A DNA stretch of 64,000 nucleotides from Lachnospiraceae bacterium (lineage in GTDB: Bacteria > Bacillota > Clostridia > Lachnospirales > Lachnospiraceae), in assembly GCA_024699645.1 (NCBI GenBank), contig JAILPE010000112.1, positions 5,385 to 69,384 of the forward strand. The letters run 5' to 3'. Both the position numbers and the translations under genes were made by a program. Positions 8,440-18,411 of this stretch are shown here, piece by piece. The first letter of the stretch is position 1. The number at the start of each line of letters is the position of its first letter. The notes beneath the pieces were generated by a model that was given only the letters and a program-made list of their open reading frames with translations, searched no databases and was not told the origin of the DNA.

Positions 8440-10176
8440 ATGTTTAAAACTTTAAAATTATATATAGACTTTTGCGGGAAAGACGACGCCAGGAAGGTAA
8501 AACTCGCAATATTACTGGGCGTTGTCAAAGTGTTTTTCCATTCTCTGAGGCTTATGGCCATCACACTTGTCGGCGACGGCATCATAAACGGAGATCTTTC
8601 GTGGAAGCATGTCTGGGGCGGACTTGCCATCATGGGCGTTTCGGTGATCGGGCAGATTCTGATCGGAATGAAAGGAACAATGCTTCAGGTCAGAGGAGGA
8701 TATCACTGCTCGGCAGATAAACGTATGAAAATTGCGGAACATCTCAGATATCTTCCGATGGGATTCTTTAATGCAAACAGTCTCGGTCACATCACAAGTG
8801 TAACGACAAACACAATGGAAATGCTCGGTGATGTGGCAACCAGGATAGTAATGACAGTGACTCAGGGTGTTTTAACAACGGGAGTCATTACTATATTTAT
8901 CATGTTCTTCGACTGGAGGATCGGACTTATCACAATCGTCGGTCTTTTGATATTCTTTATCATTAACGGTTCGATGCAGAAAGCGACAAAGCCTATTGCA
9001 CCCAGAAAGCATATTGCGGATGAGAACGTTGTCACTTCGGTTATTGAATATGTTCAGGGAATTGCCGAGGTTAAGAATTACAATATGACGGACAAGACAG
9101 CAAAGAAGCTTGATGCTGCAATCACCGAGAAGGCAAAGGCTGATACGGCACTTGAATTTTGCGTACTGCCCAGAGTCCTTCTTCAGGATATCGTCACAAA
9201 GATCACCGGCGTGGGTATGTGCGTTGCATCGCTTATATTCTACTTTAACGGTTCGATGAGTCTTCTTTATTGTATCGTCATGATGATCTCCTCGTTCATG
9301 ATCTATGAGAGTCTTGAGCTTATGGGCGTATTTGCCGCAATGATCAGAAACGTAAGTATCGCGATCACAAAGGCAAATGAGATCCTTGATATGCCTGCGA
9401 TGGACATCAGGGGTGAACAGATAAAGCCGAAAAACAGAGATATTGAGCTTAAGAATGTGGAATTCTCATATGATGAAAGAAAGATCATAGACGGTATCAG
9501 TCTTAAGATCCCCGAGAAGACAACGACGGCAATCGTCGGACCTTCCGGCGGAGGAAAGACGACGCTCACCAATCTTATCGCACGCTTCTGGGATGTGCAG
9601 AGCGGATCTGTTTCACTCGGTGGCATAAACGTTAAGGATTACAGTTTTGACAGTCTGATGGACAACTTCAGCTTTGTTTTCCAGAGGGTTTACCTGTTTA
9701 AGGATACGATCGCAAACAATATCCGTTTCGGCAAACCCGATGCAAGCATGGAAGAGGTTATCGAGGCCGCAAAGAAAGCGAGATGTCATGACTTTATCAG
9801 TGCTCTTCCCGATGGCTATGAAACAATGATCGGAGAAGGCGGTGCATCGATCTCGGGCGGTGAGAAGCAGAGAATATCAATTGCACGCGCGATACTTAAG
9901 GATTCTCCGATAATCATCCTTGATGAAGCCACGGCAAACGTCGATCCCGAAAACGAAGCCGAACTTACGGCTGCCATCGACGAGCTTACACGCGAGAAGA
10001 CGATCATCATGATCGCCCACAGACTTAAAACTGTCCGTAATGCGGATAAGATATACGTTATCGATCACGGAAAGATCGCACAGCATGGTACTCACGATGA
10101 ACTCATGGCTCAGGAAGGCATCTACAAAAACTTCATTGAAGGCAGAAAGGAAGCTGCTTCCTGGAAAATTGCGTAA
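8440..10176 (+). CDS. ABC exporter, fused permease/ATPase (second half of the heterodimer)
   Basis: Walker A GPSGGGKTT, ISGGEKQR, IIILDEATA. The start MFKTLKLY at 8440 follows RBS GAGAGGGGG. The ORF-track start at 8332 would overlap the upstream gene. Confidence 0.9.
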   Translation: MFKTLKLYIDFCGKDDARKVKLAILLGVVKVFFHSLRLMAITLVGDGIINGDLSWKHVWGGLAIMGVSVIGQILIGMKGTMLQVRGGYHCSADKRMKIAEHLRYLPMGFFNANSLGHITSVTTNTMEMLGDVATRIVMTVTQGVLTTGVITIFIMFFDWRIGLITIVGLLIFFIINGSMQKATKPIAPRKHIADENVVTSVIEYVQGIAEVKNYNMTDKTAKKLDAAITEKAKADTALEFCVLPRVLLQDIVTKITGVGMCVASLIFYFNGSMSLLYCIVMMISSFMIYESLELMGVFAAMIRNVSIAITKANEILDMPAMDIRGEQIKPKNRDIELKNVEFSYDERKIIDGISLKIPEKTTTAIVGPSGGGKTTLTNLIARFWDVQSGSVSLGGINVKDYSFDSLMDNFSFVFQRVYLFKDTIANNIRFGKPDASMEEVIEAAKKARCHDFISALPDGYETMIGEGGASISGGEKQRISIARAILKDSPIIILDEATANVDPENEAELTAAIDELTREKTIIMIAHRLKTVRNADKIYVIDHGKIAQHGTHDELMAQEGIYKNFIEGRKEAASWKIA

Positions 10177-10198
10177 TGTAATGTAAAAGAATTTGCAG

Positions 10199-10232
10199 AA
10201 AGGGCTTTTTCTGTAGAGAAAGAGCCCTTTTT
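10199..10232 (+). terminator. Rho-independent terminator after the ABC pair
   Basis: AAAGGGCTTTTTCT / AGAAAGAGCCCTTT form a 14-bp stem (one G-U pair) with a GTAG loop, running into a T-run. Confidence 0.8.
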
Positions 10233-10286
10233 GTGTTATTATCGTCTGGTAAGACACGCGGAACTTAAAATAGAGGAGAATACAGT

Positions 10287-10766
10287 ATGTCGGCAGTGAT
10301 CAGAAGGGCAAATGAAAACGATATCGAAGGGATCCTTAAGCTTCTTGTACAGGTTGATATGGTTCACCATAACGGAAGACCGGATATATTTAAAGGACCT
10401 GCGACAAAATATAATTCGGAAGAACTGAAAAGTATTATTGAGAATGATGCTACACCCGTATTTGTGTGCGCTGAAGACGACAAGATCCTGGGTCATGCAT
10501 TTTGCGTACATAAGCAGGTTGTCGGAGATTCGGTTCTTACTGATATACGGACACTCTATATCGATGATATATGCGTTGACGAGGAGTGCAGAGGAAAGCA
10601 TGTTGGAACGAGGCTTTTTGATGCGGTTAAAGAATATGCTCATAAAAACGGTTTTTATAATCTGACATTAAATGTGTGGAGCTGTAATCCCGGAGCGCAG
10701 AAGTTTTACGAGAAACTCGGACTTGTTCCGCAGAAGGTTGGCATGGAGATGCTCATCAACGGATAA
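10287..10766 (+). CDS. GNAT-family N-acetyltransferase
   Basis: 159 aa with acetyl-CoA motif CVDEECRGKHVGTRLF. Confidence 0.8.
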   Translation: MSAVIRRANENDIEGILKLLVQVDMVHHNGRPDIFKGPATKYNSEELKSIIENDATPVFVCAEDDKILGHAFCVHKQVVGDSVLTDIRTLYIDDICVDEECRGKHVGTRLFDAVKEYAHKNGFYNLTLNVWSCNPGAQKFYEKLGLVPQKVGMEMLING

Positions 10767-10841
10767 GGCGGAGGAACGATTGCACGGCTGCACGGCATAA
10801 GCGGTAGATATGAAAACGCTCATCAACGGGCAGAGGCGGAG
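10751..10841. repeat. Diverged direct duplication, period 67-68 bp, covering the stop codons of two convergent genes
   Basis: GCTCATCAACGG occurs at 10751-10762 and 10818-10829. AGGCGGAG occurs at 10766-10773 and 10834-10841. Confidence 0.75.
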
Positions 10842-11635
10842 TCTTTGACGCGTGGAGCGCGGTATTCGTAGTGGATGTATTCGTACTTCGGGAACCTGTC
10901 TACCGTCTTCTTCATTTCGTTATAGAGGCGGTCACGAAGTTCTTTCTTTGCTTCATGACGCGGCAGCGATCTGTCGGCATAGAACGGACCGGAAACGTAA
11001 GAGACGACACTCGGACGTTTAACGAAAGGCAGAAGCCGCTTTTTATAAACATTGGTCATGGTAAAGCACGGAACGTTAAGGTCGTACGGATAAGCCATCG
11101 AGGTGTCCCTGAAAGGTCTGATATCCGTATAGTATGGCCAGATGTGTGCTTCGGGATATATTATAACGGCTTTCTTTTCCTTTATTCTGGTAGCCACTGC
11201 GTTACTGAAACTTCTGGCATGCGCGATATCGGTATAAACAGGAATCGCACCCAGCATCATGACAAAATTACGGATTCCCGGTATTGAAGTGGCATCGGGG
11301 TTGCATATCAGGAAATCTTTTTTGGGGAACGTAAGCAACGAAGGAGTAAAGGCATCGAGGTCGTTTCCCGTATGATTTATATAAACAAAATAACCGGTTT
11401 TCCTGAAAGGACGAAGCTTATACCTTCCGACAAAATGCTGGTGGAATTTGATCTTCACCCAAATAAAGATAAGGGGTCGAACGATAATGTGGTAGATCGT
11501 AAACTCGAAAAACAGCCAGAACGGGTTTCTATGGATATATTTAAAGTCTTTAGGCAGTTTTTTTGTTTTGATCGGAATTGTTGAAAAATCATCATTTATG
11601 GGGTCGGAATAGTAGAATGTATTCTTTTTGCTCAT
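10823..11635 (-). CDS. Lysophospholipid/1-acylglycerol-3-phosphate acyltransferase-family protein (PlsC-like)
   Basis: INHTGNDLDAF (NHxxxxD-type motif) and IIYPEAHIW. There is an N-terminal TM segment. Confidence 0.65.
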   Translation of the reverse strand: MSKKNTFYYSDPINDDFSTIPIKTKKLPKDFKYIHRNPFWLFFEFTIYHIIVRPLIFIWVKIKFHQHFVGRYKLRPFRKTGYFVYINHTGNDLDAFTPSLLTFPKKDFLICNPDATSIPGIRNFVMMLGAIPVYTDIAHARSFSNAVATRIKEKKAVIIYPEAHIWPYYTDIRPFRDTSMAYPYDLNVPCFTMTNVYKKRLLPFVKRPSVVSYVSGPFYADRSLPRHEAKKELRDRLYNEMKKTVDRFPKYEYIHYEYRAPRVKDSASAR

Positions 11636-11695
11636 ACTTTTTTCAACCTCCTTAATGATCTGTGTGCAGTGGGCCTAACAAGATGCAGGGCCTTT

Positions 11696-12838
11696 TTAAT
11701 CGGGTGATACAACATCGCAAAGCATTTGGCGCATTCTCATCATACATTCCTTTTGACTTTCCGCATAAGGGGAAGCGAGATAGCGTTTTGAGTATTCGCG
11801 TCTAATGTCATCGTGTTCGATAAAGAAGTCGATCTTTTCGGCAAGATCACGATAATCGTTACATTTAAAGAGTGAACGCTCATCAAGGGCAAAGGCTTTT
11901 GTCGCACAGCGCGGCGAATTGTTGATCACGGGTACGAGTCCGCAGCTGATAGCTTCGAGACAGGCTATGGCTTCGATCTCAATCTGGGCAGGATGACAAT
12001 AGAGATCCGAATAGTTTATGACACGGGCGAGTTGCTTACGTGTAAAAAACTTCATGATCGGCATCGGGATGCCGGCTTTCCTGACGGCTCTTAAGATCTG
12101 GGACCTTCTCGGACCGCTGCCCGCGAAGATAAGACGGATCTTATCTTTATATTTACTGCATCCGACAGCTTTTACAAGCAGAGTATGAGATTTTTCTTTT
12201 GAATATCTGCCGGTAAAAAGGATCAGAAAGCTGTCTTTGAGGCGGTCGGGCTTTTCGGTGGGAGCATATTTATATGCCTCGTTTACACCGTTTGAGATAA
12301 CAATTCCGTTTGTTTTATGACCCACTGTTTTTTCAAAGAGGTCGCGAATGAACTGTGTAGGGTAGTGGATCATATTTACGTGGCTGTACAGCTTTTTATA
12401 AAAATGTTTATAGACCATCCGGTTAAATCTGTCGGAGTTCATGAACATCAATATGTGACTTGAAAAGTTTTCTGCCTGGCAGTGGAAGCCGGCCGTAACG
12501 GGGATACCAAGCTCCCGGGCTGTTTGTGCAGCACAGTTTCCGACGGGGAAAGGCATCATGATATGCACGACATCCGAACCCGAAACTGCTTCACGGATTA
12601 TTTTTTTATCGGGTTTTGCAATTGTAACATTGTTTTTTTTGACGATTTTGTTTATTATGAAGCCTAAGTTTAAAGGTTTTACTATATAGAAACCTTCTTG
12701 TCCTTCACGGTTTTTGTCGGGGCAGACAACTTTAACGGTGTCACCGCATGACTTGAGATATCTGATAAGATTCATGCATGCTACGGTGGTGCCGTTGTTC
12801 TCCTCCCCAAGAACGTCGGATACGATTGTTACTACCAT
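11696..12838 (-). CDS. Glycosyltransferase family 4 (GT-B), probably glycolipid synthesis
   Basis: 380 aa with a GT-B layout and a C-terminal E-x7-E-like region EIEAIACLEAISCGLVPV. It is co-oriented with the acyltransferase gene. Confidence 0.75.
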   Translation of the reverse strand: MVVTIVSDVLGEENNGTTVACMNLIRYLKSCGDTVKVVCPDKNREGQEGFYIVKPLNLGFIINKIVKKNNVTIAKPDKKIIREAVSGSDVVHIMMPFPVGNCAAQTARELGIPVTAGFHCQAENFSSHILMFMNSDRFNRMVYKHFYKKLYSHVNMIHYPTQFIRDLFEKTVGHKTNGIVISNGVNEAYKYAPTEKPDRLKDSFLILFTGRYSKEKSHTLLVKAVGCSKYKDKIRLIFAGSGPRRSQILRAVRKAGIPMPIMKFFTRKQLARVINYSDLYCHPAQIEIEAIACLEAISCGLVPVINNSPRCATKAFALDERSLFKCNDYRDLAEKIDFFIEHDDIRREYSKRYLASPYAESQKECMMRMRQMLCDVVSPD

Positions 12839-12945
12839 TGGGAAATCCCTCCGAAATAAAAGATTTTGCCGATGGTTCGGACATTTTTAACACATATGAA
12901 CAGTTTATCATATTGTTAAAAATATGCAAATATTTTAAACAATTC

Positions 12946-12974
12946 TTGACATCAACGCGTTAAAGTGCTATAGT
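12946..12974 (+). promoter_or_regulatory. Putative sigma-A promoter of the shikimate operon
   Basis: TTGACA (12946-12951), 17-nt spacer, TATAGT (12969-12974). Confidence 0.55.
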
Positions 12975-13023
12975 GCCATAAAACGGAGATTAAATAAGGA
13001 ATTGAAATCAGGAGGATAGATAT

Positions 13024-14025
13024 ATGATAGTAGTATTAAAGCCGAATGTTGCGGCAGAAAAACAGGAAAGACTTATTGACTGGCTTAAGAGTCTTTCACT
13101 CAATGTTAATGTTTCAAAAGGAGAATTTCAGACTGTACTCGGACTTGTCGGAGATACAAGCACTGTAGATACTTCACTTCTTGAAAGTCTCGAGATAGTT
13201 GATACTGTCAAGAGAGTAACGGATCCCTTTAAGAGAGCAAACAGAAAATTCCATCCCGAAGATACGGTCATCGATGTAAACGGTGTCAAGATCGGCGGCG
13301 GAAACTTTTGTATTATGGCCGGACCCTGCTCTGTCGAGTACGAAGAGCAGATAGTCGGTATCGCAAAAGCAGTCAAGGCATCGGGAGCTCAGATACTCCG
13401 CGGCGGTGCATTTAAACCCCGTACTTCACCCTACGATTTCCAGGGACTTAAGGCAGAAGGTCTTCGTCTTCTTTCGCTTGCCAAGAAGGAAACAGGCCTT
13501 CCCGTCATAACAGAGGTTATGAACATTACGGATCTTGATCTTTTTGATGATGTTGATATCCTTCAGGTCGGTGCAAGAAACACACAGAATTTCGACCTTT
13601 TAAAGGAACTTGGAAAAATTGGAAAGCCCGTCCTTTTAAAGAGAGGTATCGCCGGCACTTTAAAAGAGCTTCTCATGAGCGCCGAATATATCATGTCGAG
13701 CGGAAACGAACAGGTTATCCTTTGCGAGCGCGGTATCAGGACATACAGTGATTATATGCGTAATACTCTTGATCTTGCAGCCGTTCCGATGCTTCACGAG
13801 CTTTCACATCTTCCTGTTATCGTGGATCCTTCTCATGCAACCGGTATTGCAAGAATGGTTACGCCTATGGCACTTGCAGGTACGGCATGCGGAGCAGACG
13901 GACTTGAAGTTGAAGTTCACAACGATCCCGAGCATGCGCTCAGCGACGGTGCACAGTCGCTCCGTCCCGAAGATTTTGATTTACTTGTAAAGAAGGTTAC
14001 AGCAATAAGAAAAGCGATTATTTGA
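13024..14025 (+). CDS. aroF: 3-deoxy-7-phosphoheptulonate (DAHP) synthase, type I-beta with N-terminal regulatory domain
   Basis: MIVVLK... ferredoxin-like N-domain, then a KDO8P/DAHP-type TIM barrel (GPCSVE, LRGGAFKPRTSPYDFQG, DPSH). Confidence 0.9.
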   Translation: MIVVLKPNVAAEKQERLIDWLKSLSLNVNVSKGEFQTVLGLVGDTSTVDTSLLESLEIVDTVKRVTDPFKRANRKFHPEDTVIDVNGVKIGGGNFCIMAGPCSVEYEEQIVGIAKAVKASGAQILRGGAFKPRTSPYDFQGLKAEGLRLLSLAKKETGLPVITEVMNITDLDLFDDVDILQVGARNTQNFDLLKELGKIGKPVLLKRGIAGTLKELLMSAEYIMSSGNEQVILCERGIRTYSDYMRNTLDLAAVPMLHELSHLPVIVDPSHATGIARMVTPMALAGTACGADGLEVEVHNDPEHALSDGAQSLRPEDFDLLVKKVTAIRKAII

Positions 14026-14061
14026 TCATTAAAGAAACGCATCTTGTGAGGAGGAAGAACG

Positions 14062-14892
14062 ATGCGAATTGGAATAATAGGACTCGGCCTTATAGGCGGC
14101 TCTTTTGCCAAAGCTTATAAAAAGGACGGGCATGAGGTATTTGCTTTTGATACGGATAAGACGATCCTTGATTTCGCAAAATTATCCGGAACAGTCGATG
14201 AGGAGCTTACCGATGAGTTCATCCCTACGTGCGATCTTATCCTTATATGCACATATCCCGAAGCTGCGATTGCATATATGCAGGAAAAAGGGAATCTGTT
14301 CGGAAAACGTCCGGTCGTCATCGATGCATGCGGAACAAAAGAAGTTGTGGTCGATGCCGGGATGAAGCTCGCAAAGAAGTTCGGATTTACATATGTGGGC
14401 GGACATCCTATGGCAGGAACACAGTATTCGGGCTTTAAATACTCGAAGGAAAATTTATTCGTCGGAGCTCCGATGGTTATAGTGCCTCCTGTCTATGATG
14501 ACCCGGTTTTCCTTGACAATATCAAAAAGCTGCTTGCACCTGCCGGATTCGGAAGTATTTCCGTCACAACGGCAGGGGAGCACGACAAAGTCATTGCTTT
14601 TACATCACAGCTTGCGCATGTCGTTTCCAACGCTTATGTGAAAAGTCCGTCATCGCGTAGGCACACCGGACTTTCTGCCGGCAGCTACAAAGATCTGACG
14701 AGAGTTGCATGGCTCAGCCCCGGAATGTGGACGCAGCTTTTTATGGAAAATGCGGATAATCTTATTTTTGAGATAGATACACTTATGTCAAATCTTAAAG
14801 AATATCGTGATGCTATTGAAAAAGGGGATAAAGAGACACTTTATCGTTTGCTTGATGAAGGAAGGAAGATAAAAGAGGAGGTTGACGGCTGA
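14062..14892 (+). CDS. tyrA: Prephenate dehydrogenase
   Basis: Rossmann MRIGIIGLGLIGGSFA, followed by a GGHPMAG motif. Confidence 0.85.
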   Translation: MRIGIIGLGLIGGSFAKAYKKDGHEVFAFDTDKTILDFAKLSGTVDEELTDEFIPTCDLILICTYPEAAIAYMQEKGNLFGKRPVVIDACGTKEVVVDAGMKLAKKFGFTYVGGHPMAGTQYSGFKYSKENLFVGAPMVIVPPVYDDPVFLDNIKKLLAPAGFGSISVTTAGEHDKVIAFTSQLAHVVSNAYVKSPSSRRHTGLSAGSYKDLTRVAWLSPGMWTQLFMENADNLIFEIDTLMSNLKEYRDAIEKGDKETLYRLLDEGRKIKEEVDG

Positions 14893-15950
14893 TGAACGTA
14901 GTAACGGTTAATGCAAGTAAAAAATATGATGTGTTTATCGGAACCGATCTGATTGACAATCTTGGAGATAAGATCGTACCGTTCATGTCGGGAAAAAAGG
15001 TTATGGTCGTTTCCGACGATAATGTATTTCCTCTTTACGGTGAGCGTGCCGTTTCATCGCTGAAAAATGCGGGTTATAATGTCACGACTTTTGTTTTCCC
15101 GAGCGGAGAAGAAAACAAGAACATAAAGACATACAGTGAGATCGTTGAGGCTATGTGCGAGGCAGGGCTTACACGTAAGGATCTTGTGATCGGGATCGGC
15201 GGAGGAGTCGTTACGGATATCGCCGGATTTGCGGCAGCAACATTTCAAAGGGGAATAGGACTGATCATGGTTCCCACTTCGCTTCTTGCAGCCGTAGATG
15301 CTTCTGTCGGAGGCAAAAACGGTATAGATCTTGCAAACGGAAAAAACCAGGTCGGAACATTTTACCAGCCGAGTGCAGTTTTCTGCGACATCGAAACGAT
15401 GTGGACACTTCCCGAAGAGGAGTATGTAAACGGTTGTGCCGAGATCATCAAATACGCGATGATCGTAAAAGACGGTCTTTTTGAGCTTGTCAGAGACAAA
15501 GAGGTAAAGGATCAGTACGAAGAGATAATCACCAGATGTATCGCGATCAAGAGAGATTTTGTCGAGGCGGATGAGTTTGATACGGGAAAGAGAATGATGC
15601 TTAATTTCGGTCATACCATCGGTCATGCCGTTGAAGCATGCAGTAATTACAGTATTCCCCACGGAAGAGCCGTAGCCATAGGTATGGCTGCTATAACAAA
15701 AGCTGCCGTAGTTAACGGTTATTGCACCGAAGATACAAGGATGCAACTTGACGAGCTTCTTGAGCAGTACAATCTTTTGGAGGATCTTAAGTTCCCCGCA
15801 GAGGAGCTGATGGATAAGGTTAAGGTTGACAAGAAGAACAGTGCCGGTATGCTCAGGATCGTTATACCCAAAGACATAGGAGTCTGCACGATAAAAGAAA
15901 TATATAAGGAAGAATGCCTTAAGTGGATAGTACTCGGGGGTGCAAGATGA
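14892..15950 (+). CDS. aroB: 3-dehydroquinate synthase
   Basis: GIGGGVVTDIAGFAAATFQRG and FGHTIGHAVE motifs. Its start overlaps the tyrA stop (TGATG). Confidence 0.9.
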   Translation: MNVVTVNASKKYDVFIGTDLIDNLGDKIVPFMSGKKVMVVSDDNVFPLYGERAVSSLKNAGYNVTTFVFPSGEENKNIKTYSEIVEAMCEAGLTRKDLVIGIGGGVVTDIAGFAAATFQRGIGLIMVPTSLLAAVDASVGGKNGIDLANGKNQVGTFYQPSAVFCDIETMWTLPEEEYVNGCAEIIKYAMIVKDGLFELVRDKEVKDQYEEIITRCIAIKRDFVEADEFDTGKRMMLNFGHTIGHAVEACSNYSIPHGRAVAIGMAAITKAAVVNGYCTEDTRMQLDELLEQYNLLEDLKFPAEELMDKVKVDKKNSAGMLRIVIPKDIGVCTIKEIYKEECLKWIVLGGAR

Positions 15951-17278
15951 TGACAACTGTAAAGAGCGGGCAACGGAGCGGCTCTGTTAAAGTTCCCGCT
16001 TCCAAGTCGGTTGTTCATCGAATGCTCATTTGTTCGGCACTTTCCAATGCCCGTGTTACCGTAGGAGCGGAGCATATATCAAAGGATATCGAAGCAACCG
16101 TTGCCTGTCTTGCGGGTATGGGCGCTGAGATAAAAGTAACTCCCGGACGGATCGATATTTTAAGCGGTCTTACCAAAGGTGGAGAATGCTTCGTCAACTG
16201 CGGAGAGAGCGGTTCAACTCTCAGATTTCTTATCCCGGTTGCAGCGGCTCTCGGAAAAACGGTTCATTTCAAAATGGAAGGGCTTCTTTCCAAACGCCCT
16301 CATGATGTTCTGACTAATGAACTTATGAGGCACGGCGCGGTTATATTGCAGACGGGGGACGTTCTCAATGTAAGCGGTCAGATAAAGCCCGGAAAATATG
16401 AGATACCGGGGAATATCTCCTCGCAGTTCATATCGGGGCTTCTCTTTGCGCTTCCGCTTTTAAACGGCGATTCGGATATCATCATAACGGGAAAGAGAGA
16501 GTCGGTCTCATATATAAACATGACTCTTGATGCGCTTGAGGAGAGCGGTGTCAGAATAGAAGAAACTAAGGACGGGTACTTCGTTCCGGGAAAGGCGCGT
16601 TTTTGTCGCAGCGGATTCTGTGAGGCCGAAAGAGACTGGTCCGGTGCCGCGTTCTTTATGTGCATGGGGGCTATGTCAGATGACGGAATAACACTCGAAA
16701 ATATGAATGTCTCATCACATCAGGGCGATATGAAGGTGATGAAGATACTTAAAGATTTCGGAGCCGAAATTAACATTGTATCAGCTGGATCCGGAAACGA
16801 TATAAAAAACGATAAGCTTCGGATGCCCGAAAACGACTCTGAGGCGATGGGGGCGAAGGAAAAAGCATTCGCCGATATAAGCGTTAAAAAGGGAAAATGT
16901 CTTCCGTGTGAGATCGATGCGAGTGATATACCCGATCTTGTTCCGGTTTTGAGTGTACTCATGTGTGCCGCAGAAGGAAAGAGTGTTATAAAAAACGCGC
17001 AAAGACTTCGACTGAAAGAATCCGACAGACTTGAGACAACATCAGGTATGATAAGAGCTCTCGGCGGAGATGTACGTGTCACGGAAGACGGACTCGAAAT
17101 CTTAGGGACCGGGTCGCTTAAGGGCGGTACGGTTGACGCGGCGAACGATCACAGGATCGCAATGTCGGCCGCCACAGCGGCAAGTATCTGCACGGGAGAG
17201 GTCATCATCCCGGGTTCACAGTGCGCCGACAAGTCATATCCCGGATTTTTTGATGATCTTGAAAGCCTTAAGAAGTAA
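15947..17278 (+). CDS. aroA: 3-phosphoshikimate 1-carboxyvinyltransferase (EPSP synthase)
   Basis: PASKSVVHRMLI, GESGSTLRFL and LKESDRL motifs. It has about 20-25 extra residues (SAGSGNDIKNDKLRMPENDSEAMGAKEKAF...) compared with the homologues I remember. Its start overlaps the aroB stop. Confidence 0.9.
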   Translation: MMTTVKSGQRSGSVKVPASKSVVHRMLICSALSNARVTVGAEHISKDIEATVACLAGMGAEIKVTPGRIDILSGLTKGGECFVNCGESGSTLRFLIPVAAALGKTVHFKMEGLLSKRPHDVLTNELMRHGAVILQTGDVLNVSGQIKPGKYEIPGNISSQFISGLLFALPLLNGDSDIIITGKRESVSYINMTLDALEESGVRIEETKDGYFVPGKARFCRSGFCEAERDWSGAAFFMCMGAMSDDGITLENMNVSSHQGDMKVMKILKDFGAEINIVSAGSGNDIKNDKLRMPENDSEAMGAKEKAFADISVKKGKCLPCEIDASDIPDLVPVLSVLMCAAEGKSVIKNAQRLRLKESDRLETTSGMIRALGGDVRVTEDGLEILGTGSLKGGTVDAANDHRIAMSAATAASICTGEVIIPGSQCADKSYPGFFDDLESLKK

Positions 17279-17287
17279 GGAGATAAT

Positions 17288-18367
17288 ATGTCGAGTTCAT
17301 ACGGAGAAAATTTAAAACTCACGATTTTCGGGCAGTCACATTCACCAGCCGTAGGGATGACTCTTGAGGGTATTCCCGCAGGAAACCGTATAGATATGAC
17401 AGCTCTTCGGAAATTCATGACGAGACGTGCACCGGGCGGTGCATCATGGTCGACACCGAGAAAAGAGGCGGATCTGCCGGAATTCCTCGGTGGCATCGTG
17501 GATGACACGACGTGCGGAGCTCCTATTGCGGCTATAATCCGAAATACAAACACAAAGTCATCCGATTACGAAGAATTAAAGCGTATCCCAAGGCCCGGGC
17601 ACGCTGATCTTACCGCGCAGATAAAATACGGCGGATTTCAGGATCCCAACGGCGGTGGACATTTTTCGGGGAGGCTTACGGCGCCCATGTGCGTTGCGGG
17701 CGGTATATGCAGACAGTTGCTTGCAAAAGAAGGCATAAGCGTTGCGGCAAGAGTCCTTTCCGTAGGGAATATATTTGACGAGGGTGAGCTTTGCGGCCCC
17801 CTCGATGACAAGCTGTTTCCTGTTGTTAATGATGAACAGGGTCAGAAGATGAAAGAACTTATTGACAAGGTACGGGCAGACGGCGATTCGATCGGCGGAA
17901 CGGTAGAGTGTGTAGTGACGGGGCTCCCCGCGGGGATCGGAGATCCCATGTTTGACGGGATGGAAAACAGGATAAGTCGGATAGTTTTCGGTATACCGGC
18001 CGTTAAGGGAATCGAATTCGGCAAGGGATTCGGATATGCGGGTATGAGAGGCAGCGAAAGCAACGATCCCTACAGGATAAAAGACGGAAAAATAGTAACC
18101 GAGACAAATAATGCAGGTGGGATACTCGGCGGTATAACAAACGGAATGCCGCTTGTATTCAGGGCTGCTTTTAAGCCGACACCTTCGATAGCACGCGAAC
18201 AGCGAAGCGTTGACATGAAAGAAAAGAAAAATGAGATACTTCGCGTTAAGGGACGCCATGATCCGTGCATTGTTGTACGCGCCGTGCCTGTTGTTGAGGC
18301 GGCTGCTGCGATCGCATGCTATGATGCATTTCTCGCAAGGCGCAGAGAGATTAATTACGATAAATGA
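17288..18367 (+). CDS. aroC: Chorismate synthase
   Basis: FGQSHSPAVGMTLEGIPAG, RPGHAD and GRHDPC motifs. Confidence 0.95.
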   Translation: MSSSYGENLKLTIFGQSHSPAVGMTLEGIPAGNRIDMTALRKFMTRRAPGGASWSTPRKEADLPEFLGGIVDDTTCGAPIAAIIRNTNTKSSDYEELKRIPRPGHADLTAQIKYGGFQDPNGGGHFSGRLTAPMCVAGGICRQLLAKEGISVAARVLSVGNIFDEGELCGPLDDKLFPVVNDEQGQKMKELIDKVRADGDSIGGTVECVVTGLPAGIGDPMFDGMENRISRIVFGIPAVKGIEFGKGFGYAGMRGSESNDPYRIKDGKIVTETNNAGGILGGITNGMPLVFRAAFKPTPSIAREQRSVDMKEKKNEILRVKGRHDPCIVVRAVPVVEAAAAIACYDAFLARRREINYDK

Positions 18368-18411
18368 TCCGTACCGTAAGTACGGCATAGCTACGGAGAG
18401 GACTTAGAAAA

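Noticed and set aside
10174-10186. TAATGTAATGTAA after the ABC gene has TAA in all three frames. Similar TGATGTAATGTAAAA occurs at 19647 after aroQ, and TAATGTAAT at 30541.
   Set aside because: There are only two or three occurrences. A 13-mer recurrence in 64 kb is expected by chance, and TAATG slippage in AT-rich 3' ends is a sufficient explanation. It would only be worth revisiting with genome-wide counts.
15054-15956. 300-aa ORF antisense to aroB. Similar long antisense ORFs occur at 7248-8045, 17576-18388, 19710-20603, 42316-42999 and 56850-57476.
   Set aside because: They lie entirely opposite genes with clear family motifs. Their translations are low-complexity (rich in R/S/C/F), carry no motif and have no RBS. 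They are shadow ORFs.
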